Assembly (NCBI GenBank): GCA_964649715.1
Contig: CAZYTH010000001.1
Location: 9,245-73,244 of the forward strand
From: an uncultured Candidatus Saccharibacteria bacterium
Lineage (GTDB): Bacteria; Patescibacteriota; Minisyncoccia; Phycocordibacterales; UBA12445
DNA length: 64,000 nucleotides
Reading direction: 5' to 3'
Shown here piece by piece: positions 47,304 through 57,497 of this stretch (the stretch's first letter is position 1; each line of letters starts with the position of its first letter). The notes beneath the pieces are model-generated. The model did no database searches and was not told the DNA's origin. It saw nothing but the letters and a program-made list of their open reading frames with translations. The translations under genes and the position numbers were made by a program.

Positions 47304-49283
47304 ATGAAAAAAATAAAAGCCCCGTTAATAATATTTTTTTTGACGTTTATTTTAGTTTCCGCGTCTTATTCGATTGGTTTATTCTACGGTATAGAAAATT
47401 TCTTTAGCGACATTCTTTATGATAGAAAACTAACGGATGAAAGAATCGTCGTCGTAAGCATTGATGACGAATCCATAAACAAGATAGGACAATGGCCTTG
47501 GAAAAGAAGCATTTTTGCTAAATTTTTTGAAAAATTAAATGAAAAGCCCCCATTGTCTCTTGGGCTAGATGTTTTAATGTCAGAAAATTCTGGTTATGGA
47601 ATCAAAGATGATGAAAGTCTGCAAAATGCATTTCAAAAAACCAATTACCCTATAGTTTTACCTGTTGAAGCTTTAAATTTAGAAATAAGAGAAAAAAACT
47701 CATACTCAGAGAAATTCTTAAGACCAATATTTTCAGAAATTTTAGATAAAATATATTATGGTCACGTTAATCTCATAAGTGATAGAGATGGGGTTGTTAG
47801 GAGCTTCCCTCTAACAATAGAAGATAATTATGGAGAGGCTTTTGATTCTTTCGCGAGGAAGACGTTGGTTGCTAGTGGTCTAGAAATTAAAGAAAGGTTT
47901 GGGGGAGATATTCAAAAGATAGTTTTTTCCGGCCCAAATGGAACCATAAGAAGGATTCCATTTTGGAGAATATTTAATGGCGATATGGATCCGAAAGCTC
48001 TCGAGGGTAAAATAATCTTTTTAGGGGCTACTGCTTCAAATTTACACGATGAGAAGCAGACCCCCTTTGATCGGGGGACACAGATGAGTGGGGTTGAGAT
48101 ACAAGCACAAGTAGCAAATATGTTTCTAAAGGGTTACGAGATAATAAGGTTGTCTAAATTGTCCATGTTGTTGTGGGTTGCTATCGCATCTATCCTTTCT
48201 GTTATTGTATTCTTTTTTTCATCTTCAACCTCGCTTGCGATAGTAATCAATTTATTTTTAGGTTTATTGCACACAATATTTATCATTTATCTTTTTGGTT
48301 TAGGATATTCTGCGAGCTTGGTTCACATAACGATGTCTTGGGTATTGGCAACCATTTTTTCTTTTTTTTATAAATATATGACGTTGGATAAAGAAAAAAG
48401 AGAGATGAGGAATGTTTTTTCAAAATATGTTTCAGGGGATGTTTTAAATGAGATTTTGCGTGATCCAAAAAAGATAAAGCTTGGGGGGGAAGACCGAGAT
48501 GTGACTGTTTTCTTTTCGGACGTGAGAGGGTTTACGACTCTGTCTGAGGGTATGACCCCCTCGCAATTGACCAATTTTTTAAACAAATACCTTACGAAGA
48601 TGACGGATATTGTTTTAAAGAATAAAGGTGTCGTCGATAAATACATAGGAGACGCAATCATGTCTTTCTGGGGTGCTCCCGTTGATAATAGAAAGCATGC
48701 CTTAGATGCGATAATTACATCTCTTTCTATGGTTGATGCCTTGGCAGATTTTAACAAAGAAAGCAGAAATACAGGCGATCCAGAGATAGACATTGGTATC
48801 GGCTTGAACTCTGGGAAGGTTACTGTTGGAAATATGGGTTCAGAAGCTCGTTTTGATTATACGGTTATGGGTGATACGGTTAATCTTGCGTCTAGACTAG
48901 AGGGTCAAACCAAGACCTATGGCGTAAAAATAATAATAAGTGCAACAACAAAAGAAAGATTGTCGTCCGAGGATATTAAAGAACACGATATAGTTTTTAG
49001 AGAAATAGATAGGATAAAGGTTAAGGGAAAAAATAAACCCGTGGTTATTTTTGAGGTTGTCCCAAATGGCGTTAAGGATATTGTTAGGGGCATTTTACCT
49101 CTTTTTGAAAAGGTTCGAGAAGATTATTATATTGGTAAATGGAAAGAGGTTGTTATGGGTGCCAAAGAGATAATGAATATAATGTCAGATGGGCCAACAA
49201 AAGTTTTAATGGATAGAAGTGTTTATTTTTTGGAATTTCCTCCGAAAGAATGGGTCGGGGTTTACGAAATGAAGACAAAATAG
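47304..49283 (+). CDS. CHASE2-sensor adenylate/guanylate cyclase (class III).
   Basis: N-terminal CHASE2 domain with TM helices. Catalytic domain: VTVFFSDVRGFTTLSE ... KYIGDAIMSFWGAP ... GIGLNSGKVTVGNMGS ... YTVMGDTVNLASRLEG. Confidence 0.85.
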   Translation: MKKIKAPLIIFFLTFILVSASYSIGLFYGIENFFSDILYDRKLTDERIVVVSIDDESINKIGQWPWKRSIFAKFFEKLNEKPPLSLGLDVLMSENSGYGIKDDESLQNAFQKTNYPIVLPVEALNLEIREKNSYSEKFLRPIFSEILDKIYYGHVNLISDRDGVVRSFPLTIEDNYGEAFDSFARKTLVASGLEIKERFGGDIQKIVFSGPNGTIRRIPFWRIFNGDMDPKALEGKIIFLGATASNLHDEKQTPFDRGTQMSGVEIQAQVANMFLKGYEIIRLSKLSMLLWVAIASILSVIVFFFSSSTSLAIVINLFLGLLHTIFIIYLFGLGYSASLVHITMSWVLATIFSFFYKYMTLDKEKREMRNVFSKYVSGDVLNEILRDPKKIKLGGEDRDVTVFFSDVRGFTTLSEGMTPSQLTNFLNKYLTKMTDIVLKNKGVVDKYIGDAIMSFWGAPVDNRKHALDAIITSLSMVDALADFNKESRNTGDPEIDIGIGLNSGKVTVGNMGSEARFDYTVMGDTVNLASRLEGQTKTYGVKIIISATTKERLSSEDIKEHDIVFREIDRIKVKGKNKPVVIFEVVPNGVKDIVRGILPLFEKVREDYYIGKWKEVVMGAKEIMNIMSDGPTKVLMDRSVYFLEFPPKEWVGVYEMKTK

Positions 49284-49435
49284 CTTTAAATCGAAGCCCT
49301 TTTTAAAGGACACCATAAATTTGTCTTTTATAATTTTTCTTTTAAAATATTTAAGACAAAAATTATATTTTGAATTCATTATTTATTTTGTGTTATACTT
49401 TATTTTGTTTATTAGAAGTTTAATTTATTTTAGCG

Positions 49436-49669
49436 ATGAAAAATGTAATTGTTTACGGAACAGAGGCTTGTGTTTATTGCAAGATGGTAAAAGATTTTTT
49501 TAGAGAAAATAAGATAGAATACACAGAAAAGGATGTTTATATGGATGAAGAGGCGAGGGGTGAAATGACAAAGCTCACGGGTCAGTCTGGTGTTCCTGTT
49601 GTCGTTATTGGCGATTCTGTTGTTATCGGTTTTGATAAACCAAAAATAAAAGAACTTTTGGGTTTATAG
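49436..49669 (+). CDS. Glutaredoxin-like protein (NrdH/YruB family).
   Basis: VIVYGTEACVYCKMVKDFF (CxxC) and the C-terminal GVPVVVIGDSVVIGFDKPKIKELL. Confidence 0.8.
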   Translation: MKNVIVYGTEACVYCKMVKDFFRENKIEYTEKDVYMDEEARGEMTKLTGQSGVPVVVIGDSVVIGFDKPKIKELLGL

Positions 49670-49675
49670 TTTTTT

Positions 49676-50608
49676 ATGGATGATAAGAATAAATACGATA
49701 TTGCGATAATCGGGGGAGGACCTGCGGGTCTTTCTTCTGCGATATACGCAGGAAGATCTAAACTAAGGACAATAGTTTTTGGAGATGGATGGGGGGGCGA
49801 AACTGCTCTTTCTGGTATTATTTGGAATTATCCAGGTGCAAAGAACATCGACGGGTATGATTTAATAAAAATAATGCGTGAACAGGCAAAGGATTTTGGT
49901 TCTGATTTTATGGATGAAAGGGTTGACTCCGTCTCAAAAGAAGGTGATTTTTTTAAACTTAATTTTAAAAATAACAGTCTTTTTTCAAAGACGATTGTTT
50001 TTGCCACAGGAACAAAAAGAAAAAAGCTCAATATTTTAAGAGAAGATGATTTGAAAGGTAGGGGGGTTCATTATTGCGTTATTTGTGATGGGCCTGTTTA
50101 TTCTGGGAAGGAGATAGCCATGATTGGGGGAGGTAATTCTGCTATTAAGGGTGCATTGATTGCGATTAATTTTGCAAAAAAAATATATATTATCAATAAG
50201 AAGGAGAATCTATCTGGTGAGCAGATGAGTATCGACGAACTTAAAAAATATGGAGATAAAATAGAAGTTATCCATAACACAAAGGTGGAGGAATTGATTG
50301 GGGAGGAAAAACTGGACAAGATATTGTTAAGTAAGGATTTTAAAGGTTCTCGCGAGCTTAAAATAGATGCGATTTTTGTTGAGGTGGGAACTTCTCCAAA
50401 CAATGAATTATTGAAAGAAATTGGTATTGAGACGGATGAGGGTGGGTATGCCAAAGTAAACAAGGACATGTCAACGAATATTGCCGGAGTTTTTGTCGCT
50501 GGAGATATTGCTGATATTTTTAACGGTTTCAAACAGAACATTGTCGCTTCCGCTATGGGGTCTGTAGCTGCAAATTCCGCATCCAATTTTTTGAAAAATT
50601 TAAGTTAA
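49676..50608 (+). CDS. trxB: Thioredoxin-disulfide reductase.
   Basis: YDIAIIGGGPAGLSSAIYAGR (FAD), HYCVICDG (redox-active disulfide), IGGGNSA (NADPH). Confidence 0.85.
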   Translation: MDDKNKYDIAIIGGGPAGLSSAIYAGRSKLRTIVFGDGWGGETALSGIIWNYPGAKNIDGYDLIKIMREQAKDFGSDFMDERVDSVSKEGDFFKLNFKNNSLFSKTIVFATGTKRKKLNILREDDLKGRGVHYCVICDGPVYSGKEIAMIGGGNSAIKGALIAINFAKKIYIINKKENLSGEQMSIDELKKYGDKIEVIHNTKVEELIGEEKLDKILLSKDFKGSRELKIDAIFVEVGTSPNNELLKEIGIETDEGGYAKVNKDMSTNIAGVFVAGDIADIFNGFKQNIVASAMGSVAANSASNFLKNLS

Positions 50609-50633
50609 ATAGAGTTTCTTGGAATCTATTGAG

Positions 50634-50690
50634 TTTGACATATTTATTTATGGGGGTATTATGTTAAATATCACCCGCGAGGGTGTTTTT
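50634..50690 (+). promoter_or_regulatory. Sigma70-like promoter (TTGACA, 16 nt spacer, TATTAT) immediately followed by the hairpin CACCCGCGAGGGTG plus T5. Either the trxB terminator or a leader/attenuator for secE-nusG.
   Basis: Read directly from the sequence. Confidence 0.3.
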
Positions 50691-50711
50691 AAAAACATAA
50701 TTTTATCTTAA

Positions 50712-50897
50712 ATGAACTGGTTAAAGAATTACATAAAAGAAACAAGAGCCGAATTCAAGCACGTAAGCTGGCCCACAAAAAAACAGACCACCAGTTTTAC
50801 TGTGGCTGTAATAGTTATTTCTGTTGTTACTTCATTCTATTTAGCATTTTTTGATAAAGTTTTTATGATGGCTCTTCAAAAGGTATTATTCGGTTAA
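50712..50897 (+). CDS. secE: Preprotein translocase subunit SecE.
   Basis: NYIKETRAEFKHVSWPTKKQTTSFTVAVIVISVVTSFYLAFFD. It lies upstream of nusG. Confidence 0.8.
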   Translation: MNWLKNYIKETRAEFKHVSWPTKKQTTSFTVAVIVISVVTSFYLAFFDKVFMMALQKVLFG

Positions 50898-50910
50898 TTT
50901 TAACGATAAA

Positions 50911-51456
50911 ATGTCAAAACAAGAGATACAAACCGAAAGGAACTGGTACGCCATACATACATATGCCGGTTATGAGAATGCGGTTCAAAGAAATTTAAAA
51001 CAGCGTATTGAATCGCTCGGTATGGAGGATAAGATTTTCAGTGTTGTCGTCCCAACAGAAAAGAAAGTAAAGATAAAGGGAGGAAAAAGAGTTGTTGTTG
51101 AAGAGAAAATATACCCAGGTTATGTTTTGGTGGATATGATAGTTACCGATGATTCGTGGTATGTTGTGAGAAATACACCAAGGGTTACAGGATTTGTGGG
51201 GGCGGGGGTAAAACCGGTCCCTGTTGATAAGGCGGAGGTTGAAATGCTATTTAAGAAAATGGGAGCTGAAGCACCAAAACACAAGGTTGATATTTCCGAA
51301 GGTGATTTGATAAAGGTAGTAGATGGACCGTTCAAGGATCTTGAAGGCAAAGTTAGTGGAGTCGACAATGAGAGAGGCAAGGTAAAGGTTCTTGTCTCAA
51401 TGTTTGGCAGAGAAACAGCGGTTGAGCTTGATTTCTTGCAGATAAATAAAGTTTAA
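50911..51456 (+). CDS. nusG: Transcription termination/antitermination factor NusG.
   Basis: WYAIHTYAGYENAVQRNL (NGN domain) and KOW GDLIKVVDGPFKDLEGKV. Confidence 0.9.
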   Translation: MSKQEIQTERNWYAIHTYAGYENAVQRNLKQRIESLGMEDKIFSVVVPTEKKVKIKGGKRVVVEEKIYPGYVLVDMIVTDDSWYVVRNTPRVTGFVGAGVKPVPVDKAEVEMLFKKMGAEAPKHKVDISEGDLIKVVDGPFKDLEGKVSGVDNERGKVKVLVSMFGRETAVELDFLQINKV

Positions 51457-51527
51457 AATTAATTACGGAATATAAAGCTTCTATTTATAATTCGTAATTT
51501 GTAATTAGCAATTCGTAATTAATTAAA

Positions 51528-51956
51528 ATGGCAGAAAAAAAAGTTGTTAAAAAAATAAAATTGCAGATCCCTGCGGGTAAGGCGGTTCCTACACCTCCAG
51601 TTGGTCCCGCTTTGGGTCAGGCAGGTGTTAACATTGGAGAATTCATAACCAAATTTAATGCCGCGACAGCCTCGATGGTCGGCAGTATAATACCAGTAGA
51701 GATATCTGTTTATGATAACAGGAGTTTCGATTTTATTTTAAAGACCCCACCTGCAACAGACCTTCTTTTAAAGGCCGCTAAAGCCGAAAAAGGCTCTGGA
51801 ACGAACGTTAAATCAAAGGTTGGTAAGGTGACAAGGGCACAGCTGAGAGAGATTGCAGAAAAGAAAATGGTTGATATGACAGCTTCTTCCGTTGAGGCCG
51901 CTATGAATACTATTGCGGGAAGTGCAAGAAGTATGGGAATTGAAATTATAGATTAG
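51528..51956 (+). CDS. rplK: 50S ribosomal protein L11.
   Basis: [35 protein letters not shown]. Confidence 0.95.
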   Translation: MAEKKVVKKIKLQIPAGKAVPTPPVGPALGQAGVNIGEFITKFNAATASMVGSIIPVEISVYDNRSFDFILKTPPATDLLLKAAKAEKGSGTNVKSKVGKVTRAQLREIAEKKMVDMTASSVEAAMNTIAGSARSMGIEIID

Positions 51957-51981
51957 TTTTTATTCAGTAGTAGCTAAATTT

Positions 51982-52017
51982 AAAACCCGCAAAATTGTTT
52001 GCGGGTTTTCGATTTTT
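51982..52017. terminator. Strong bidirectional intrinsic terminator after rplK.
   Basis: AAAACCCGCAAA-attgtt-TGCGGGTTTT, flanked by T/A runs on both strands. Confidence 0.6.
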
Positions 52018-52157
52018 GATAGATCAGATAAACAGAAAGAAAAAAATGAAAAGGAAGAAGAAAACAATACAGGACAAGATAATAACTCTGTGCCAAGTCT
52101 TCAGTGGGGGGCGACTTTTGGGCAGAACATCAAGTTCCTCATTTGTTATTTTCATTT

Positions 52158-52316
52158 TATCTCCTTTGATAATTTTGGTTTATTTCAAAAACAAGTGTTC
52201 CTAGGATTATCAGTATCGGGGCGGTATCTGGTGATGCCTTCGGGCCATCAATAATTAAAGAAACTGAAGCGCTGATGCATACAATTGCTCCAAGCAAATC
52301 ATAAATATATTTCATT
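52158..52316 (-). CDS. Small hydrophobic protein (52 aa) with a perfect RBS.
   Basis: AAAAAAGGAGATAAA-ATG; product MKYIYDLLGAIVCISASVSLIIDGPKASPDTAPILIILGTLVFEINQNYQRR. Shorter than 60 aa, so it is not in the ORF track. Confidence 0.4.
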
Positions 52317-52329
52317 TTATCTCCTTTTT

Positions 52330-52482
52330 TAGTTTGTGAATTTTTCTATTATTGAACCAATAGAAGAGGTAAGGCAGATTGCCACCAAGATTATATCAAA
52401 AGTGTTTTTTGAGCTAATGACGATAGGGACAAATATGAGGGTGATTATAAGCAGTATTATTTCACTTGCATATTTTTCCATT
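52330..52482 (-). CDS. Small hydrophobic protein (50 aa), upstream in the same minus-strand mini-operon.
   Basis: MEKYASEIILLIITLIFVPIVISSKNTFDIILVAICLTSSIGSIIEKFTN. Its stop is followed 13 nt later by the RBS/ATG of the next small ORF. Confidence 0.35.
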
Positions 52483-52641
52483 TTTCTCTTTTGTTACCTA
52501 CCTTTTTAAAAGAACTTGAATTAGTAGTTTATACATTATTGTTTCGATTGAGTCAATAACACCATGGACTTATTTTTTGGAAAATGATATTACTATTCAT
52601 AGATATTTTGTTTTTTGTAAATCAAAGATACAATTAAGGAG

Positions 52642-53298
52642 ATGAAAGTGGAAGAAAAAAGAAAAGGTAAATATATAGTCATTGAAGGTCCTGGCAAGGC
52701 GGGAAAGAGTGTTGCTATTAAGTATTTGAAAAAGACGTTACCGGAAGATAAGTTTCATTTTGTTAAAGAGCCAGATGGGCCGATTAGAAGTATTTTACTT
52801 GATCCAAAATTTCAGGATATGGATCCTTTTACGGAGCTTTGTCTTTTTACCGCATGCAGATGTGAGCTTGTCAGGAAGGTAATTACAGAGAAGCTTAATT
52901 CTGGTATTCATGTGATAAGCGATAGGAATTTTTTGTCATCAAAGATGCATCAGATCAAAGGTTCAGAAAGAAATGATCTTAGCGCTATTTTTAATGCGAT
53001 GACAGAGACTGCTGTTGGTTTCTGCCCACCAGATATGTACATTTTGATTATCGCAGAGGTGAATGAATTGTTAAGAAGGAACGGAAACAAAGACAGAAAG
53101 GGTCAGATTGATAAATTTGATGACCGAGATGCTTGTTTCCAGCGCAGAGTAGTCGATGCATACCACGAGCATTTCCCCAAAGGTAAACCACACAGAATCA
53201 TTGATACGACATCTTTTCCTCCGCCAGACGAATCTGGTAAGGGAAGAACTGGTGAAGAAGTGCTTCAAATAATTTTATCTTTTATTGATAAAGAATAG
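52642..53298 (+). CDS. Deoxynucleoside kinase (dAK/dGK/dCK family).
   Basis: P-loop IVIEGPGKAGKS; ~218 aa; the dNK fold length. An RBS-like AAGGAGATGAAAGTG precedes the start. Confidence 0.75.
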   Translation: MKVEEKRKGKYIVIEGPGKAGKSVAIKYLKKTLPEDKFHFVKEPDGPIRSILLDPKFQDMDPFTELCLFTACRCELVRKVITEKLNSGIHVISDRNFLSSKMHQIKGSERNDLSAIFNAMTETAVGFCPPDMYILIIAEVNELLRRNGNKDRKGQIDKFDDRDACFQRRVVDAYHEHFPKGKPHRIIDTTSFPPPDESGKGRTGEEVLQIILSFIDKE

Positions 53299-53394
53299 AT
53301 GATTTGGTTTTGAAATCATACACACACTCGCATAAAAATGCGGGTGTTTTTGTTTTCCTAGAAGCTCGGCTTCTGGGAAATAACGTAACCCTTT

Positions 53395-56300
53395 ATGTGT
53401 AGTGATAATTATGATAGCATTTCTTTTATGAGTGAAAATATAGACAAAAACAAATTAGCCACCGCTGGGCTTGGTAATTCGGAGACTGTCCCGCAGAAAG
53501 AAGAGCGAGTTCTTGCGTTTTGGAGAGAGAATAAAATTTTTGAAAAAAGTTTGGAAAAAAAAGCCACAAAGGGTGATTTTGTTTTTTACGACGGACCACC
53601 TTTTGCTACAGGGCAGCCTCACTACGGACACCTGCTCCAGAGTGTTCTTAAGGATGTAATTCCAAGATACAAAACAATGTGCGGATATAGAGTTCCTAGG
53701 ACATGGGGGTGGGATTGTCACGGCCTCCCGATAGAAAACTTGATTGAAAAAGAATTGGGGTTGAAAAGTAAAAAAGACATAGAAGAACTTGGAGTTGATA
53801 AGTTCAATCAATCCGCGAGGGATAGTGTTTTTAGATATGCCGATGATTGGAAAATAACAATACCCAGAATAGGACGTTTTGTCGACATGGAAAATGATTA
53901 CAAGACAATGGACTCTTCTTATACGGAATCTATCTGGTGGGTTTTTAAGACCCTTTACGACAAAGGACTTGTTTATTTGGGCCATAAGTCTATGCATATA
54001 TGCCCTAGATGCGAGACCACGCTTGCTAATTTTGAGGTCAGTCAGGGATACAAAGACATAACTGATCTCTCTGTTACGGTCAAATTTGAGCTCTTGAACG
54101 CACAAATAAACTCTGAATCGTCAAATGAAGGAGTGAGAACATATATCTTGGCCTGGACTACAACTCCTTGGACACTGCCAGGAAACGTAGCTCTTGCTGT
54201 TGGTGAAAATATTGATTATGTAAAAATAGAAAATTCTTTAATTAGTGGAGAGTATCTGATATTGGCGAAAGAAAGACTTTCAATGATAGACGGTGAATAT
54301 AAAATAATCGAAGAATTTAAAGGAAAAGAACTTGTTGGGAGATCATATAGACCGCTTTTTAATTATTATTCTGATAGAGAAGATACAGGGAACAGGGAAA
54401 ATGGGTGGAAGATATATCCTGCAGACTTTGTAACCACAGAAGATGGGGTTGGTGTTGTTCATATTGCTCCAGCCTTTGGTAGTGACGATATGAGACTTGG
54501 GAAGGAAAATAATTTACCTTTTATTCAACATGTCGGAATGGATGGCAGATTCAGATCCGAGGTTACTGATTTTTCGGGAATGTTGGTTAAACCAAAAGAT
54601 GATCACCAGAGCGCCGATGTTTTAATCATAAAAAATTTAGCGGGTCGAGGATTACTTTTTGCAAAAGAAAAGATAACACACTCTTATCCTCACTGCTGGA
54701 GATGCGATACGCCTCTTTTGAATTATGGTACATCATCTTGGTTCGTGGATGTTCCAAAGATAAAAGAGAGCATGATTGCAAATAATCAGAAAATAAATTG
54801 GATACCTGAGAATGTGCGAGATGGAAGATTTGGTAAGTGGTTGGAAGGAGCATCTGATTGGGCAATATCTCGTTCGAGATATTGGGGAGCACCACTTCCT
54901 GTTTGGTCTTGTGAATTGTGTGGAGAGAAAAAAGTAATAGGTTCGATAAACGAATTAAAAAATGAGGTTTCTTCTGGTAATAAATATTTTGTTTTAAGGC
55001 ATGGAGAAGCAGATTCAAATGTTAAAGGTTATTTGAGTTCAGATAAGATACAAAAAGAGAATCATCTAACAGAAAATGGTAAAAAAATAGTTTCCGAAAC
55101 AGCTGATAAAATAAAAAATGAAAAAATAGACTTAATAATTTCTTCTGATTTTGTGAGAACAGCGGAGACAGCAAAGATCGTTGCCGAAAAAATAGGTATA
55201 CCTGAATCAAGTATTATTTGGGAACCAAGGTTGAGGGAGCTCAGAGTCGGCGATTTTGATGGAATCAAAGTTGAGGAGTATGGTCGTTATTTTTCTTCAT
55301 ACGAAGATAGGTTTTATAAAAATTCCCCAAATGGAGAAAATCACACCGATACAAAGAACAGAATTACAGAATTTTTATTTGAAACTGATTTAAAGTACAA
55401 GAATAAAAATATTTTAATAGTTAGCCATGGTGATCCGATATGGGTTATGTTCGCAGGAGCTTCTGGTCTTACGCCCAAAGATGCTGTATCTATAAAAGAG
55501 GATGTTTATCTCAAAAATGCTGAGTATCGTGAATTAAATTTTTCACCATTTCCGCATCGTGAAAATTATGAATTAGATCTTCATAAACCTTTTATTGATG
55601 ATGTGTATTTAGAATGCAAATGCGGAGGAAAGATGAATAGAATTCCAGAGGTTTTTGATTGTTGGTTTGAGTCGGGTGCTATGCCTTACGGACAGATGCA
55701 CTATCCTTTTGAGAATAAAGAAACTTTTGAGAAAAATTTTCCAGCAGATTTCATCGGAGAGGCACTTGATCAAACGAGAGGATGGTTCTACTCCCTCCTC
55801 GTTCTTTCCACGGCTTTATTTGACAAGCCCGCTTATAAAAATGTCATTGCGACTGGGCTTATTTTGGCGGAAGATGGTCAAAAAATGAGCAAGCGGTTAA
55901 AAAATTATCCTGAAGTATCTTATATAATAAATAAATACGGAGCTGATGCTACAAGGTATTATCTTTTAACCTCACCAGTTGTAAGGGGAGAAGAGATTAG
56001 GTTTTCCGAGAAAGGTGTGGACGAGGTTTACAAGAAAATTATCTTAAGACTTTATAATGTCGTTTCTTTTTTGGAGATGTATGAAGATAAAACAAAAGCC
56101 AAACCGGTCCAAACTGATGGAACCGTTCATCCTGGCACAAATCATAAACCAAAAATAGACTCGAAGAATATCCTCGACAGGTGGATTTTGGCGAGACTCG
56201 AAGAGATAGGCAAAAATACTACAGAAGCTTTAGAAAAATATGAACTAGATAAGGCATCTAGGCCGATAGAGGGGTTAATAGACGATCTTTCTACATGGTA

Positions 56301-57006
56301 TCTAAGACGTTCAAGAGATAGGTTAAAGGGTGATAATTCTGAAGACAAAGAAAATGCGTTAAAAACAATATGTTTTGTGATAAGGGAGTTGTCTTTAATA
56401 ATGGCTCCTTTTATGCCTTTTATCGCGGAAGAAATATATAAAAAAATGAATGGAGAACTAGAAAGCGTTCATTTAGAAAGTTGGCCAGAAGACAAAGAAG
56501 GAAATGATTCTAAGAAGATACTCATAGAAATGAAGAAAACAAGAGAAGTGGTATCTTTGGGATTGGAGGCTCGTGTCAAAGCCGGTATTAAAGTAAGACA
56601 ACCGTTGAATAATTTGTCTATAAAGGATACTTTTTTGTCTGGCAAAGAAGAATATTTAGAACTTATAAAAGATGAATTAAATATCAAGAAAGTAATTTTT
56701 GATAATAAAATACTAAACGATGTTGAGTTGGATCTAAATATTACAGAGGAATTGAAGGAAGAGGGGAGGTTGCGGGAATTTTTTAGAAATATTCAGGAAA
56801 TAAGGAAGGATATGGCATTAGATCCGTCACAGAAAGTTGTTATGGAAGTTCGCGCGGGGGATGTTGAGAAAAAATTTTTCGATAAGTTTTCAAAAGAGAT
56901 AGAAAAAGCAGCAGGGGTTTCCAAAATTGTTTTTAAAGAAGATATAAAAGGTAAAATTATCGAAGTGGGAGAAATGTCATTTGAAGTCTATCTTACTGTG
57001 TGTTAA
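53395..57006 (+). CDS. ileS: Isoleucyl-tRNA synthetase (type 2) carrying an inserted ~190-aa histidine-phosphatase (PGAM-like) domain. The true start is probably a few codons downstream (MSENIDK...).
   Basis: HIGH-region PFATGQPHYGHLL, WGWDCHGLPIE, editing-domain TTTPWTLPGN, KMSKRLKNYP (type-2 KMSKS). The insert (~54985-55560) has YFVLRHGEADSN (the RHG catalytic motif) and LIVSHGDPIW (the second His). Confidence 0.9.
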   Translation: MCSDNYDSISFMSENIDKNKLATAGLGNSETVPQKEERVLAFWRENKIFEKSLEKKATKGDFVFYDGPPFATGQPHYGHLLQSVLKDVIPRYKTMCGYRVPRTWGWDCHGLPIENLIEKELGLKSKKDIEELGVDKFNQSARDSVFRYADDWKITIPRIGRFVDMENDYKTMDSSYTESIWWVFKTLYDKGLVYLGHKSMHICPRCETTLANFEVSQGYKDITDLSVTVKFELLNAQINSESSNEGVRTYILAWTTTPWTLPGNVALAVGENIDYVKIENSLISGEYLILAKERLSMIDGEYKIIEEFKGKELVGRSYRPLFNYYSDREDTGNRENGWKIYPADFVTTEDGVGVVHIAPAFGSDDMRLGKENNLPFIQHVGMDGRFRSEVTDFSGMLVKPKDDHQSADVLIIKNLAGRGLLFAKEKITHSYPHCWRCDTPLLNYGTSSWFVDVPKIKESMIANNQKINWIPENVRDGRFGKWLEGASDWAISRSRYWGAPLPVWSCELCGEKKVIGSINELKNEVSSGNKYFVLRHGEADSNVKGYLSSDKIQKENHLTENGKKIVSETADKIKNEKIDLIISSDFVRTAETAKIVAEKIGIPESSIIWEPRLRELRVGDFDGIKVEEYGRYFSSYEDRFYKNSPNGENHTDTKNRITEFLFETDLKYKNKNILIVSHGDPIWVMFAGASGLTPKDAVSIKEDVYLKNAEYRELNFSPFPHRENYELDLHKPFIDDVYLECKCGGKMNRIPEVFDCWFESGAMPYGQMHYPFENKETFEKNFPADFIGEALDQTRGWFYSLLVLSTALFDKPAYKNVIATGLILAEDGQKMSKRLKNYPEVSYIINKYGADATRYYLLTSPVVRGEEIRFSEKGVDEVYKKIILRLYNVVSFLEMYEDKTKAKPVQTDGTVHPGTNHKPKIDSKNILDRWILARLEEIGKNTTEALEKYELDKASRPIEGLIDDLSTWYLRRSRDRLKGDNSEDKENALKTICFVIRELSLIMAPFMPFIAEEIYKKMNGELESVHLESWPEDKEGNDSKKILIEMKKTREVVSLGLEARVKAGIKVRQPLNNLSIKDTFLSGKEEYLELIKDELNIKKVIFDNKILNDVELDLNITEELKEEGRLREFFRNIQEIRKDMALDPSQKVVMEVRAGDVEKKFFDKFSKEIEKAAGVSKIVFKEDIKGKIIEVGEMSFEVYLTVC

Positions 57007-57081
57007 TCTTATCGACGAAATGGTTTTTTGAAATTTGCTCACTTTTCTTTTTGACAAAAGGAGTGAGAACAAGGAGTTCTT

Positions 57082-57438
57082 ATGAATCCAATCATTTCTG
57101 GAGAGTTGGATAAATTAAGGTTTGTGTCAGAAAGTCTTGTTTCTTTTGAGGGAGAAATAAAATCAGTTTTTAGAGATGACTTCGTGCGTTTCATTCGTTC
57201 GGAAGTGTTGACGACTGTTGACATTATTATTTCCCCTTTAATTTCCGAGAAAGATAAAAGAATGAAAATGATTAAAGTTCTTGGTCGATTGAACGGCATA
57301 GAGAAAGCCATCGATTTTTTAAATATTAGTAGTTTTGAGTCCGATAAACTACAAAAAGTTTTCTTATTCAGAACAGAACTGACAAAAATAGAAGAATCCT
57401 TGATAAAAATTTTGATGAATTACTGGGTGGCCAATTAA
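57082..57438 (+). CDS. Hypothetical protein (118 aa).
   Basis: ORF only. Confidence 0.4.
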   Translation: MNPIISGELDKLRFVSESLVSFEGEIKSVFRDDFVRFIRSEVLTTVDIIISPLISEKDKRMKMIKVLGRLNGIEKAIDFLNISSFESDKLQKVFLFRTELTKIEESLIKILMNYWVAN

Positions 57439-57497
57439 TGGTCGCCCTTTTATTATAGTTACTTTTTTATGTTAAAATAATTCCATCAAAATTAAAA

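Noticed and set aside
52024-52156. A third small ORF with the AAGGAGATAAA-ATG site (ATG at 52156, minus strand).
   Set aside because: That ATG-initiated frame stops after 8 codons (MKITNGGT). The longer hydrophobic 39-aa frame starts at an internal ATG (52143) without an RBS, so it is not listed as a feature.
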